From Candidatus Melainabacteria bacterium 17Bon1m (GTDB lineage Bacteria > Cyanobacteriota > Vampirovibrionia > Obscuribacterales > Obscuribacteraceae), in assembly GCA_032128875.1 (NCBI GenBank), contig JAVLKG010000009.1, positions 64,001 to 128,000 of the forward strand: DNA of 64,000 nt, given 5' to 3'. The notes below the pieces were generated by a model that saw only the letters and a list, made by a program, of their open reading frames with translations, searched no databases and was not told where the DNA came from. Below are positions 37,881 to 47,215 of this stretch, piece after piece (the stretch's first letter is position 1; every line of letters starts with the position of its first letter). A program made the position numbers and the translations under genes.

Positions 37881-38144
37881 AGGTTTTCCGGGCGCTCCTA
37901 ATTTGAAGAGGCGACAAAGGTGAAAACGGCATACGGGCTTGGGCTGGCGAATTTTTTCAACCCGTGTGAAGAGGTGAATGAACACGCCGTCCGAGAATTA
38001 TAGGATCTCAAGTAGTCTTTCTGTGGTTATGTATCAAAAGAGTTTATTTATTGATCAGTTAATGAGTTTGATTCGAGCCAAAGAATTACCAGTCCTTAGA
38101 CCGGGTGGCGGAAAAACCTCACGGGCGCCGGAAAAGCTCAAAAA

Positions 38145-39491
38145 TTAGTTGGACGTGTCTATCCCGGCAAACGGCCCATAGACCGAAAGCATAGGCACCC
38201 GTCTGGCTTGAGCGGCTAACAAGTTGTCCAAATCGTCCGGCAGACGTGTGAGCTGAATCAAATAGTTGTTCTCATTGCCGATCTGTCCGCGCGGGAAAAA
38301 TATAGCGCCGCGGCAGCCTGTCCCTGATAAAGCACCCACCTGCACGCGACCGGACGGCAAATAGCGCACCGAATAGGTCGGACCTTTCAAGCGATCGGTC
38401 TTGTGCTTCTTATATAGGAGTTGCGCCAGAGATATGATCTGCGAGTCTTGGCTGACGAGAAATTGCGGAATGACCGCCAGGATTATGTCCGCCTTGCCGG
38501 TCCGTCCTTTTGAGCCGACTATGATTTCAACTCCATCGGCGTCAGGTACGAATTTTGCCCAGGTGTACGCTACATCTTTTGCATCGGTTTCTCGAGGGCG
38601 TTTGAAGGCCTGCTCGAAAGCGAAGAAGTCATCGCCAAGTCCAGCGACATTAGTTTGAGCAAGAAGGCGGCTCAGCCCCGTTCGATTGATGGTTGTCGGC
38701 GTTTTCGGAGGAGCCGGTCTGTCCGGTGCTCTGTCTGGCTTGAGAGAACCCGCAGTGGCGACCAGAGGTTTGACTGGTTCTCTGCGTGTTTCTTTTGTTT
38801 CCTTCGTCTCTTTGGGACGCTTGGACGGCTCATTCTGCGCAGCCGTTTGCCGCGAAATAATCCTGCGCCCCTGGTCGTTGCGCAGTTTTTCCATGGCCTC
38901 TTCGTCAGTCATCGTGATGCGATCGATACGCGTCACGACCAAATCCTGAGTCGCGTCGTCATTGCTGGTTCCGGCACGGCACATCACTTTGCACTCGATG
39001 CGCGGCCATTGATCCTTATCAATTGGAAGCTCGTAGGGAGTGGGTCCACGCAGTTTGATGAACTTCTGCTGGTTGCGGTGAAACTCTCCATCCCACTCGT
39101 CACGAGCCACTTGCGTGTAGCCGTTGCGAAGATCCAGAAAGCGTCCTTGAAACCGAATAAGCACTCCACTCAAGTCTCGGCTGCTGGAGTTTTCAATCAA
39201 AAGACCGACAGCCGGATGATAACCAGTCGCGTCGTGCGACCACCACGTCAAAACAGATTGCGGGCTCAGGCGCGCCACGCGCTGCTCTGCGTAGCCATCA
39301 TCGGAGCCACCGTAAGAAAATGCCTTCTGTCCTTCAGGAGCAACAGAAGCAAAGAAGCCAGTTAGTACCGAAAGTGAAAGAGCGACTAAGCTATGGAATC
39401 GCTTATTATGGCTAGGTTTGCGCATTTTTGATGTGTGCGATTGCGCACTGAGCATGTGGGCAAAAACTCCTGGACGCTGGCTGGAATCCAA
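38145..39491 (-). CDS. Exported/membrane-anchored hypothetical protein, two domains joined by a charged Pro-rich linker
   Basis: 448-aa ORF with hydrophobic segment LVALSLSVLTGFFASVA; start uncertain. Confidence 0.75.
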   Translation of the reverse strand: MDSSQRPGVFAHMLSAQSHTSKMRKPSHNKRFHSLVALSLSVLTGFFASVAPEGQKAFSYGGSDDGYAEQRVARLSPQSVLTWWSHDATGYHPAVGLLIENSSSRDLSGVLIRFQGRFLDLRNGYTQVARDEWDGEFHRNQQKFIKLRGPTPYELPIDKDQWPRIECKVMCRAGTSNDDATQDLVVTRIDRITMTDEEAMEKLRNDQGRRIISRQTAAQNEPSKRPKETKETKETRREPVKPLVATAGSLKPDRAPDRPAPPKTPTTINRTGLSRLLAQTNVAGLGDDFFAFEQAFKRPRETDAKDVAYTWAKFVPDADGVEIIVGSKGRTGKADIILAVIPQFLVSQDSQIISLAQLLYKKHKTDRLKGPTYSVRYLPSGRVQVGALSGTGCRGAIFFPRGQIGNENNYLIQLTRLPDDLDNLLAAQARRVPMLSVYGPFAGIDTSN

Positions 39492-39548
39492 CCGAGTCTA
39501 TTGTGGCACACACTGAAGGGGCGGTGCTACGCAGGGGTTGTCACAAGT

Positions 39549-41177
39549 TCAGGCGGCAGCGATTTCTTGCAATGAAAGGGCTTTTCTAACTTGCGAAGCG
39601 CTGTCAATTCTCATCTCGGTGTCCTGGTAAGTCAGGCGTTCGACGAGTGAATTGAGCGTCGAGGAAATATGAGGACTTACAGACTTGGGCGAGCAAACCG
39701 TGAGCGGCTCCGGGTCTTGTCCCGTGAGAATGAAGTGCAGCAGCGCTCCCATTGAGTAAAAATCGCTCGCCGGCTCGGGGCGACCTCTAACTTGCTCGGG
39801 AGCCATATAAGGCGGTTTACCGACGCACATGGCATTGTCATTGAAATTTGGGACTTTAGCCAGATTGAAGTCGATTAACTTCAAGTTGCCGCTGTCATCA
39901 ATAATCAAATTGTCGGGTGTGAAATCTCGGTGCACTACTTGCGGTGCATGACCATGCAAATACTCAAGGATGGAACACATTTGCGTTGCAAGTTCTATAG
40001 CTCTCGATTCTTTGATTGGACCATTCGATGTAACGAACTCTCTGAGCGATGTGCCTGATACATGTTCGATCACTAGATAGCCACGAAAATCTTCAATGAA
40101 TGCGTCAACAACTCTGACTATCTGCCTGTGATTCAGTGACTTGAGCAACAGCGCTTCATGTTGAATTCGGGCGACTAATTCGCTCAGCAGCGCCGGGTTT
40201 TCAAATCCTGGAAGAATGAATTCTTTGAGAACCACGGTTTCGACGGCGCCATTATTTCCTTCGTTCAAAACCTTGTCGCACAAATATTGTACAGTCGCCA
40301 AATAGGCTGTTCCTTGCCCGCCTGATCCCAGTTTTTTCACAACCTGAAATCTCTCGCTGGCCAGAGATGCGCCGCGAGTCAGCTCGCCATCCCGCTTGCG
40401 GAGCTGCCGCTGATGCAGTGTGTCCATCCAGATGTCTGCATAACTTGTCGATTCAAGGAAGAAATTCTTTTCTTCAAGTTCGTTCGAGAGCGCATTGGGC
40501 GCGTGGCGTTTTATCATGGCAATTAAATTTGTCCGCAGTCTCTCATCGTTGAGGCAGCCTGCATCAAGTTCTATCTTCTTACCGTCGGTCGTTGCGAATG
40601 CAAGCAATTGCTCCTCTTTTCCATCAACAATGTTTCTTTTGATCGAAACCATCGCCAGTTCATACCATCTGATTGTTTTTTCGAAGGTGAAGACATTCAA
40701 CCAATTCTTTCTGACGATGATCGAATATTGGCTGATGCGCGCGGATGTTTGACCGTTTTTGATAAAACGCAATTTGAATACTTTGATCGCAGCAACAAAA
40801 GTCACCAGGATCGCAAAACACAGAATGGCTGCTTGCGGACCAGTAAACCAATAGGTCACGACCTCTGCAATGACTAAAAGGTTTATGAAGACGCTGGTTA
40901 TTACAAGAGCGAACCCAGTGATGGGACCTGGTGAGTGTCCATAACCTTTAGGTGTCAAAAGAGACATGATGAAGAAAATCTGAGCGCATGCAAACAAAAC
41001 ACCGCACATAAGCATCAAGACATTTCCCAAATACGGCAGTACTTTGCGCTGCCAAACATGCGTGAGGACAGCCATTGATTTATTCTCGTGCAGAGTAATA
41101 GCCAGCTCGCGTGGGGCTGACTGCTCGACAGTGTAGAGAGTTTCATTCGCGTTATCGCTTGACTGATTTTGCTTCAC
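39549..41177 (-). CDS. Membrane-anchored Ser/Thr protein kinase
   Basis: Three N-terminal TMs; GSGGQG, VLKE, HRDFTPDN, DFN and APE motifs. GTG at 41177 overlaps the upstream stop (GTGA). Confidence 0.88.
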   Translation of the reverse strand: MKQNQSSDNANETLYTVEQSAPRELAITLHENKSMAVLTHVWQRKVLPYLGNVLMLMCGVLFACAQIFFIMSLLTPKGYGHSPGPITGFALVITSVFINLLVIAEVVTYWFTGPQAAILCFAILVTFVAAIKVFKLRFIKNGQTSARISQYSIIVRKNWLNVFTFEKTIRWYELAMVSIKRNIVDGKEEQLLAFATTDGKKIELDAGCLNDERLRTNLIAMIKRHAPNALSNELEEKNFFLESTSYADIWMDTLHQRQLRKRDGELTRGASLASERFQVVKKLGSGGQGTAYLATVQYLCDKVLNEGNNGAVETVVLKEFILPGFENPALLSELVARIQHEALLLKSLNHRQIVRVVDAFIEDFRGYLVIEHVSGTSLREFVTSNGPIKESRAIELATQMCSILEYLHGHAPQVVHRDFTPDNLIIDDSGNLKLIDFNLAKVPNFNDNAMCVGKPPYMAPEQVRGRPEPASDFYSMGALLHFILTGQDPEPLTVCSPKSVSPHISSTLNSLVERLTYQDTEMRIDSASQVRKALSLQEIAAA

Positions 41178-42610
41178 ACTTCGCCTTCTCTGTAATAGCC
41201 AAGCATTTCGATGGTGCGCAAAGCTTGCTCGACCGACGGTCTTTCCTCTGAATGCTGGCTGGTCATCTGCATGATCAAATCGTTCATGTTGTCTGTGATT
41301 TGTGTGTTCAATAATTTTGGACAAGATTGCGTCAATGCTACCGGCTCTTTTCCGGTAAGCAGAAAGTGTGCCGTGCAGCCTAGCGAATAAATGTCGCTCT
41401 TCAATTCAGCTTTGCCCCGAAATTGCTCAGGCGCAATGTAGCCTTGCTTGCCTACTACTGTTCCTGTTGCGGTGCCGATAAACTCATTTGCCGCACCGAA
41501 ATCAATCAAAGCCAAAGTACCTTTCGGTCTAAAAACAATATTTTCAGGAGTCAGATCTCTGTGCACTACGGGTGGTGATTGTTCTTCCAAGTACCGCAAA
41601 ATTTCCAGAAGCTGACGCATCCATTGCGCAACTCTTCTTTCGGAAATAAAACCGCGCCGCGCAACCAGCCTGCGCAAGTCTTCACCCTGAATGTATTGCA
41701 AGGTCATGTAATGACGACCGTCTTCGACGAAGTGGTCGTAAATTCTTGCGATGTCCTGATGATTCAGTTTGGAAAGCAGCGCCGCTTCTTTTTTGAACAT
41801 TGCCAATGCTTTCGTTCTTGCGTCTTCGCTCAAACTATCCGCAACGACAAACTCTTTCAAAACAACAGGAGATCCATCCTGTTTCCTGGCCAGATATATT
41901 GCCGCCGAGCCGCCATAAGAGAGCGCTTTCTCGATTATGATTCCGGCGTTCAAGATTCGTCCCGGAAGCAGTGGAACATAAGTCGTCGCTCGATAACGCA
42001 GAGTCATTTCTGATTCCCAGAGCGAAGTGAAAGTGGAAATATCAATTGGAAATTTGGCTGCGTTTTCTGGGTTTCCCAGATCTTCCTTGTCTCTTTCGTC
42101 TGTCGGCGCTAACGTGCGAGACGCGATGAGCAGCTTATTCAGGTCGTCCTCAGACATTTCATCAGCTTCAAAAACCACAAAATTACCGTCGTGGAAATTT
42201 AGTTTTAGGCAGACGTTTTGCCCATCTCTTTTTATGAGCACTGACTTCTTCAATTCGCTCCACATTCTATTGCGGTGGCAGTAAAACTGAACACACAGTG
42301 AAAGCGGCAGCACGAGACCTTGCCGAGATACGATAATGCGATCGTCTAAGAAAATGAGCAACAGCAGGCAGCCGGCGAGTATCGTTGCAATCGGTGCTAC
42401 CACCCGTGAAGCAAGAGTGAGCAGAGCTTCCTCTATCGACCAGAAGGCATGGGCGGTAGGCAGGGCTTGGACCAATGTCAGAACAAAAGGACCGAGGCAA
42501 GCAAAAATCCACACGACGGGGATTGCGCACCAGATTACTGCGCTGGCTTTGAGCACGCGAACCAGGGTTCTGCTCACCGATGTCGAGTAGCGAATAGAAA
42601 CAGTCTGCAC
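41174..42610 (-). CDS. Membrane-anchored Ser/Thr protein kinase
   Basis: Two N-terminal TMs; VLKE, HRDLTPEN, DFG, APE and SDIYSLG motifs. Confidence 0.9.
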   Translation of the reverse strand: MQTVSIRYSTSVSRTLVRVLKASAVIWCAIPVVWIFACLGPFVLTLVQALPTAHAFWSIEEALLTLASRVVAPIATILAGCLLLLIFLDDRIIVSRQGLVLPLSLCVQFYCHRNRMWSELKKSVLIKRDGQNVCLKLNFHDGNFVVFEADEMSEDDLNKLLIASRTLAPTDERDKEDLGNPENAAKFPIDISTFTSLWESEMTLRYRATTYVPLLPGRILNAGIIIEKALSYGGSAAIYLARKQDGSPVVLKEFVVADSLSEDARTKALAMFKKEAALLSKLNHQDIARIYDHFVEDGRHYMTLQYIQGEDLRRLVARRGFISERRVAQWMRQLLEILRYLEEQSPPVVHRDLTPENIVFRPKGTLALIDFGAANEFIGTATGTVVGKQGYIAPEQFRGKAELKSDIYSLGCTAHFLLTGKEPVALTQSCPKLLNTQITDNMNDLIMQMTSQHSEERPSVEQALRTIEMLGYYREGEV

Positions 42611-42741
42611 GGAAGAACCCCCACAGGAGGACCGCCTTCAGGCTTATAACGAGACTTGCAATCAGTCAAAAATGGCTCACCCGATTGTGCTGGAAACAGC
42701 CAACCGGGTAAAGCGGGTTTTGCCTAGTTTTTTTAAGTCGA

Positions 42742-43587
42742 CTAAACTCTTTCTTTCGTCTCGTCAGTTACTTGGATGCTTTCGCCCTTGGACTTAAGCG
42801 CTTGGGCGGCGGCGGGCAAGAAGTGCATCGCTTTCTCGACCACCCCAGGGTTCTTGCCTAAATTGCCCATCAACTCTATAGGTATAGGGAAGATTAGAGT
42901 GCTGTTCTTCTCCGCCGAAACCTCAACCATGGTCTGTAACTGCCTGAGCTGCATGGCGCCCGGCTGGCTGGCTATGACGGCTGCTGCTTGAGCAAGTTTT
43001 TCTGCCGCCTGCAATTCGCCTTCTGCTGCGACAACTTTGGCGCGGCGTTCTCTTTCCGCCTCTGCTTGCCGTGCCATTGCTCGCTGCATCTGCTGCGGGA
43101 TTTCGACGTCTTTGATTTCGACTGCGTTGACTTTGATGCCCCAACCTTCTGTCTGGCGGTCGATTATCGACTGAAGTTTGGCGTTGATTTTGTCGCGCTC
43201 TGTGAGAATGTCGTCCAGCTCATACTGCCCGATGACGCTGCGCAAGGTGGTTTGCGCCACCTGGCTTGTCGCTGCCATGGCGTCTTCGATTTTGGTGACT
43301 GCTTTTCTGGAATCGATAATTTGGTAGAAGCAAACGGCGGCGATTTTGACCGAGATGTTGTCGCGAGTGATGGCTTCCTGCATGGGAATCGACATCGTGA
43401 CAATCCTGAGGTCGACCTTCTGCGAACGCTCTATTAAAGGAACGACGAAAGCGACGCCCGGTCCGCGCTCACCGGTGACTCTTCCGAGTCTGAAAACGAC
43501 CAGCCTGTCGTATTCATTGACGAACTTGATAGATGAAAAAGCCAGCAAGAGTCCGAAGAATAAAAGGAACCCGCCTATCTCAAACAT
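42742..43587 (-). CDS. SPFH / slipin (stomatin-like) protein
   Basis: N-terminal TM, VVFRLGR, QTTLRSVIG and MARQAEAERERRAK; AAGGAG RBS. Confidence 0.95.
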   Translation of the reverse strand: MFEIGGFLLFFGLLLAFSSIKFVNEYDRLVVFRLGRVTGERGPGVAFVVPLIERSQKVDLRIVTMSIPMQEAITRDNISVKIAAVCFYQIIDSRKAVTKIEDAMAATSQVAQTTLRSVIGQYELDDILTERDKINAKLQSIIDRQTEGWGIKVNAVEIKDVEIPQQMQRAMARQAEAERERRAKVVAAEGELQAAEKLAQAAAVIASQPGAMQLRQLQTMVEVSAEKNSTLIFPIPIELMGNLGKNPGVVEKAMHFLPAAAQALKSKGESIQVTDETKERV

Positions 43588-43870
43588 TCTTTGCTCCTTA
43601 CTGCTACTGCAGCGTGACGTTCTTCGATTAACCCATTAAAGCTGTCGAGTGAATACCGGACTTCCTAGCCCTTTCTTCCATCGTTTAACCATGGTGAATC
43701 TCAGGGAAATTACTGTACAAGACCGGTATCTCCTTCAGATAGCATAAGAAAGCACGCTAAGCGAGCAAGTCTGACGCCAAATTTGGTCGAAAAACACCAA
43801 ATAATCGCCAACATTAAATGTAGGCTGGCGCCTGGAAGCCCACGGGTTAGTAATTCGAGGAGAGCGGCGC

Positions 43871-46800
43871 ATGGTTTGGACCTCAGAGTATCCGGAAGGC
43901 AGGGCTGGATCTAAATCCGGCGGTGGCTCGGGGGCGAAAACAGGAAACGGCGGGTCAGGCGCGTCAAATACCTCCGGAGCGTCAGGTTCCTCCGGCTCCT
44001 CGGGCTCCTCTGGCTCCTCAGGTTCTTCAAGTTCCTCCGGCTCCTCCGTCTCAAGCAAGGCGGGGACGGCTGTAGTAACTAAGGATTCAGGTTCCAAAGG
44101 AAAGAGTGCGGGGGCGAACTCTGGAAGTTCAAGCGGTAAAAATTCAAGCCCTGACTCGAGTTCAAAACCCAACGTAAATCCGATCTCCGGCGGAAATTCA
44201 AAAGAAAAGCCGAAAGGCAAACCGCCCGGAAAACCAGGCGTGTTTTTGCTTCTCGCCGGTGTTGTTTTGCCATTCTCGGCAATTGTATTTGAACTTACCA
44301 CGCACCTTTGCGCCAAAAGTTTCTTCGATCCGTTTCCCACGCCTGCGCACGTCTTGTTGTTTGCGCTCATTCCTGTTTCCAACCTCCTTGTCTGGGTTGC
44401 TTCTCGCCGCAATTTGTCGGACCTGCTTGGGGTATTGACGCTCGGCACCGGAATGTCTATGGGTGTGGCGATCCTCTATTCGCTTATGTTTTTGCCGATT
44501 GTGCCACTGTCTGTAGTGGCGATACTTTGGTGTGGCTTCGGCTTGCTGGCGCTATCTCCTCTCCTTGCCGTACCTGCCGTTTGGAAAGCCAGCAAGTACG
44601 CGATTCACTTGTCAGAGAATCAGAAGACCTATTTTGATGGGCATCAGTTGGAGCACATTGGACACCTGATCATATTGTGCACAGTTGTGGCAGTCGAATT
44701 GCCATCAACAATGACGCGTATGCACATCGGCGAAGCTGCTCATTCTGCAAAGCCTGCGATGGCAATTGACTGGTTGCGCCAATGGGGCAATCAGGAAGTT
44801 ATGTTGCGCGCTTGCTATGAGCGCTCCGGTCGGGCGACGGACATACTCGGGTCGCTATATGAAGTAAAAAATCCGACTAGCGTCGAGGAAGCACGCGCGA
44901 TTTTCTACAAAGTCACTGGCAAACCTTTTAATAGTGTACCGTTGCCGGCGGCTTTGCGCGCGACGCGGCAGAATCAAGGCTTGCTTTCAGACAATGAAAA
45001 TGAAGAGCCGAATGTAGAGGATGAATTCGATCGCGACCCTGACATTGCCGGCGAAGCTGTGAGCGGTGTCGCGCGCGGTTTGAGTATGAACGAGTCTAAG
45101 CTGTCCGGGCATATCGACGGTAACCTGTGCATCGCAAACATTATGTGGAATGTCACTTTTGGAAACACGTCCAAGTACGATCGTGAGGTTCGCTCAAAGA
45201 TTCTTTTGCCACCAGGCGCGGTGGTCACGAATGCATTTTTGATTGTGGATGGAACAGAGCGAGAAGCGACTGTGATGGGCCGAAGCCTTGCACGCAGAAA
45301 ATATCGCGCCGCTGTAGCCGACAAGAAAGACCCGTTGCTTGTAAGCACCTGCGGTGCAGACCGTGTGTTGCTGCAGTTGTTTCCCGTCGCTCCCGAAAGC
45401 AAGATTGGTGTGCGCTTGCACATCATTGCACCGCTGGCGGTGACCGCGATGGATAAGGCTGAACTGGCTTTGCCAACTTTCGAAGAGAGAAACTTCCAAG
45501 TTGAAATCCCAACTAATATTAGTTTGAAATCGCAAGAACAGCTTCTATCGTCAGTCAAGACCCTGCATCTCGATAAGTTTGATCAAACAAAGGTGCTTCA
45601 GGGTGACATCACCACTCCTGAGCTAGCGAGATTTGGTGCTGTGGTTGTTGCTGAAAGAAATCCCAACATCACACACATTCAAGGCTTGCATGATGGAGCT
45701 TTGATAGGTGAGGACATACGGAAGATCAACTATCCGCGCCCGACTAAGTTGTTTGTCGTTATAGATGGTTCCAACGGCATGTCGCCGCACATGGATGCTG
45801 TCCTGAAGAAGTTGAAGCAACTTCCTAGCGATATGGATGTCAAAATAAGTTATGTTCGAGATGGTCTACTTCCGGCATTGGAAGTTAGCGCTGGCGATGC
45901 TAAAGCGCTCGACAGCGCGGTTTCTTCCATCGCGAAAATACCCTGCGCCGGTGGGCAAGACAACCTGTCTGATTTGAGAACCGCGCTGAAGGAGGCCGCG
46001 AATACTAATGCTTCAGCGGTTCTTTGGGTTCACTCGGCGCAACCTCTTCCTGGAAAGCTTGGAAAAGAATGGGAACTCTTCGTTCGTCAATCGCCTAGGC
46101 CATTACTTTATGATTTTGCTGTCGCCGCCGGTCCCAATGAAATTCTTTCAGGGCTGTACAACTGCCCAGGGCTCGTTCGTGTCAATCGCGGCAGCTATGT
46201 TGAATCTGATATGCACCAGCTTTTTGACACATGGCAAAACGCTTCCCCCTCAACTGCTGTCGGCGGAATTCAGTATGTTCGCAAGAGTCTGGCGAATCTC
46301 GATGTTGAAAAAGGCGCCCTTAAGCCAGCCGAAACAGCTCTTGCGAAGCTAGTAGCCTTTGACGAAATTTCGAGAATTCAAACAGTCCACAGCAATCATC
46401 GTTGCAAGGCTGCTCGCAAAGCCGTGGCAATTTCGAATGCGTATCATCTGGTCACTTCCTTCTCCAGCGCGATAATCACAGAGCCAATTCCTGTGCGAAG
46501 AACGCACGCGCAAAACATTGAGCCGCCTAAGTTCAGCCTGATCAATCCCCAACCCACATTAGGTCATTTAGGCCCTTCGCCCCGGAGAGGACCGGTTTTC
46601 GGTCATTTTGATGGCAGTCGCCTTCAAGGTAAGTCATTGCGAGTGGATTCTGCTCCAGGTAGTGATGTGTTCTTATCGCGCGGCAATGAAGGACAATATT
46701 CTTCCAGCGTTCAGGCCAACACCGGCTCTCAAACCCGCCAGGAGTTAGACGCCGCTCGCCCTGTTTTGCAAGGCGCGACCAACGGTACGATCAATCCGGA

Positions 46801-47215
46801 ATCTATGTCTGCACCAATGTCTGCACCAATGGCTCCTGCCGCTGCGTTGAAAGAGGCTTCGGCTGATTACAAATTCGAAAGTAAGGCAGAAGAAATGTCT
46901 TCGTACAATTCTAGCGAGCGAGCACTTGCGAAAGAAGACTCACGTGCGGATTTCTCGAAGTCCAAAGTGTTGTTTGCGGAGAAGAAGCAAATCGCATCGA
47001 GAGACAAAGATGTGAGTGACTTCAATGACGACGAAGCCGGCGGCGACGAAGGAGTTGTAGATGAATTTGCACAATCTACAGCTGGTGAAGCCAACTCTAG
47101 CGCATTGTCACCGGTCGTTCCTGAATCAGACACTTACATTCTGTTCGGAGTCGGCATGCTCATTCTCGGGTACGCACTTCAAACCAGGAAGAAAGTGAGT
47201 ATTAAGAAGGCATGA
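43871..47215 (+). CDS. Integral-membrane VIT/vWA-like domain protein with C-terminal PEP-CTERM-like sorting signal
   Basis: Gly/Ser-rich N-terminus, about five TMs, VIT-like region (REVR..ILLPPGAVV...KDPLLV), IDGS MIDAS-like motif, C-terminal VPES-TM-basic tail. Confidence 0.82.
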   Translation: MVWTSEYPEGRAGSKSGGGSGAKTGNGGSGASNTSGASGSSGSSGSSGSSGSSSSSGSSVSSKAGTAVVTKDSGSKGKSAGANSGSSSGKNSSPDSSSKPNVNPISGGNSKEKPKGKPPGKPGVFLLLAGVVLPFSAIVFELTTHLCAKSFFDPFPTPAHVLLFALIPVSNLLVWVASRRNLSDLLGVLTLGTGMSMGVAILYSLMFLPIVPLSVVAILWCGFGLLALSPLLAVPAVWKASKYAIHLSENQKTYFDGHQLEHIGHLIILCTVVAVELPSTMTRMHIGEAAHSAKPAMAIDWLRQWGNQEVMLRACYERSGRATDILGSLYEVKNPTSVEEARAIFYKVTGKPFNSVPLPAALRATRQNQGLLSDNENEEPNVEDEFDRDPDIAGEAVSGVARGLSMNESKLSGHIDGNLCIANIMWNVTFGNTSKYDREVRSKILLPPGAVVTNAFLIVDGTEREATVMGRSLARRKYRAAVADKKDPLLVSTCGADRVLLQLFPVAPESKIGVRLHIIAPLAVTAMDKAELALPTFEERNFQVEIPTNISLKSQEQLLSSVKTLHLDKFDQTKVLQGDITTPELARFGAVVVAERNPNITHIQGLHDGALIGEDIRKINYPRPTKLFVVIDGSNGMSPHMDAVLKKLKQLPSDMDVKISYVRDGLLPALEVSAGDAKALDSAVSSIAKIPCAGGQDNLSDLRTALKEAANTNASAVLWVHSAQPLPGKLGKEWELFVRQSPRPLLYDFAVAAGPNEILSGLYNCPGLVRVNRGSYVESDMHQLFDTWQNASPSTAVGGIQYVRKSLANLDVEKGALKPAETALAKLVAFDEISRIQTVHSNHRCKAARKAVAISNAYHLVTSFSSAIITEPIPVRRTHAQNIEPPKFSLINPQPTLGHLGPSPRRGPVFGHFDGSRLQGKSLRVDSAPGSDVFLSRGNEGQYSSSVQANTGSQTRQELDAARPVLQGATNGTINPESMSAPMSAPMAPAAALKEASADYKFESKAEEMSSYNSSERALAKEDSRADFSKSKVLFAEKKQIASRDKDVSDFNDDEAGGDEGVVDEFAQSTAGEANSSALSPVVPESDTYILFGVGMLILGYALQTRKKVSIKKA
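43985..44047 (+). repeat. Degenerate 9-bp tandem repeat encoding (GSS)n
   Basis: GGTTCCTCC GGCTCCTCG GGCTCCTCT GGCTCCTCA GGTTCTTCA AGTTCCTCC GGCTCCTCC. Confidence 0.8.

Noticed and set aside
41178-41324. 150-bp overlap between the two kinase ORFs
   Set aside because: It is resolved by the GTG start at 41177, which overlaps the upstream stop.
43735-44448. 237-aa minus-strand ORF with EEP repeats
   Set aside because: It is the antisense reading of the (GSS)n repeat of the VIT protein.
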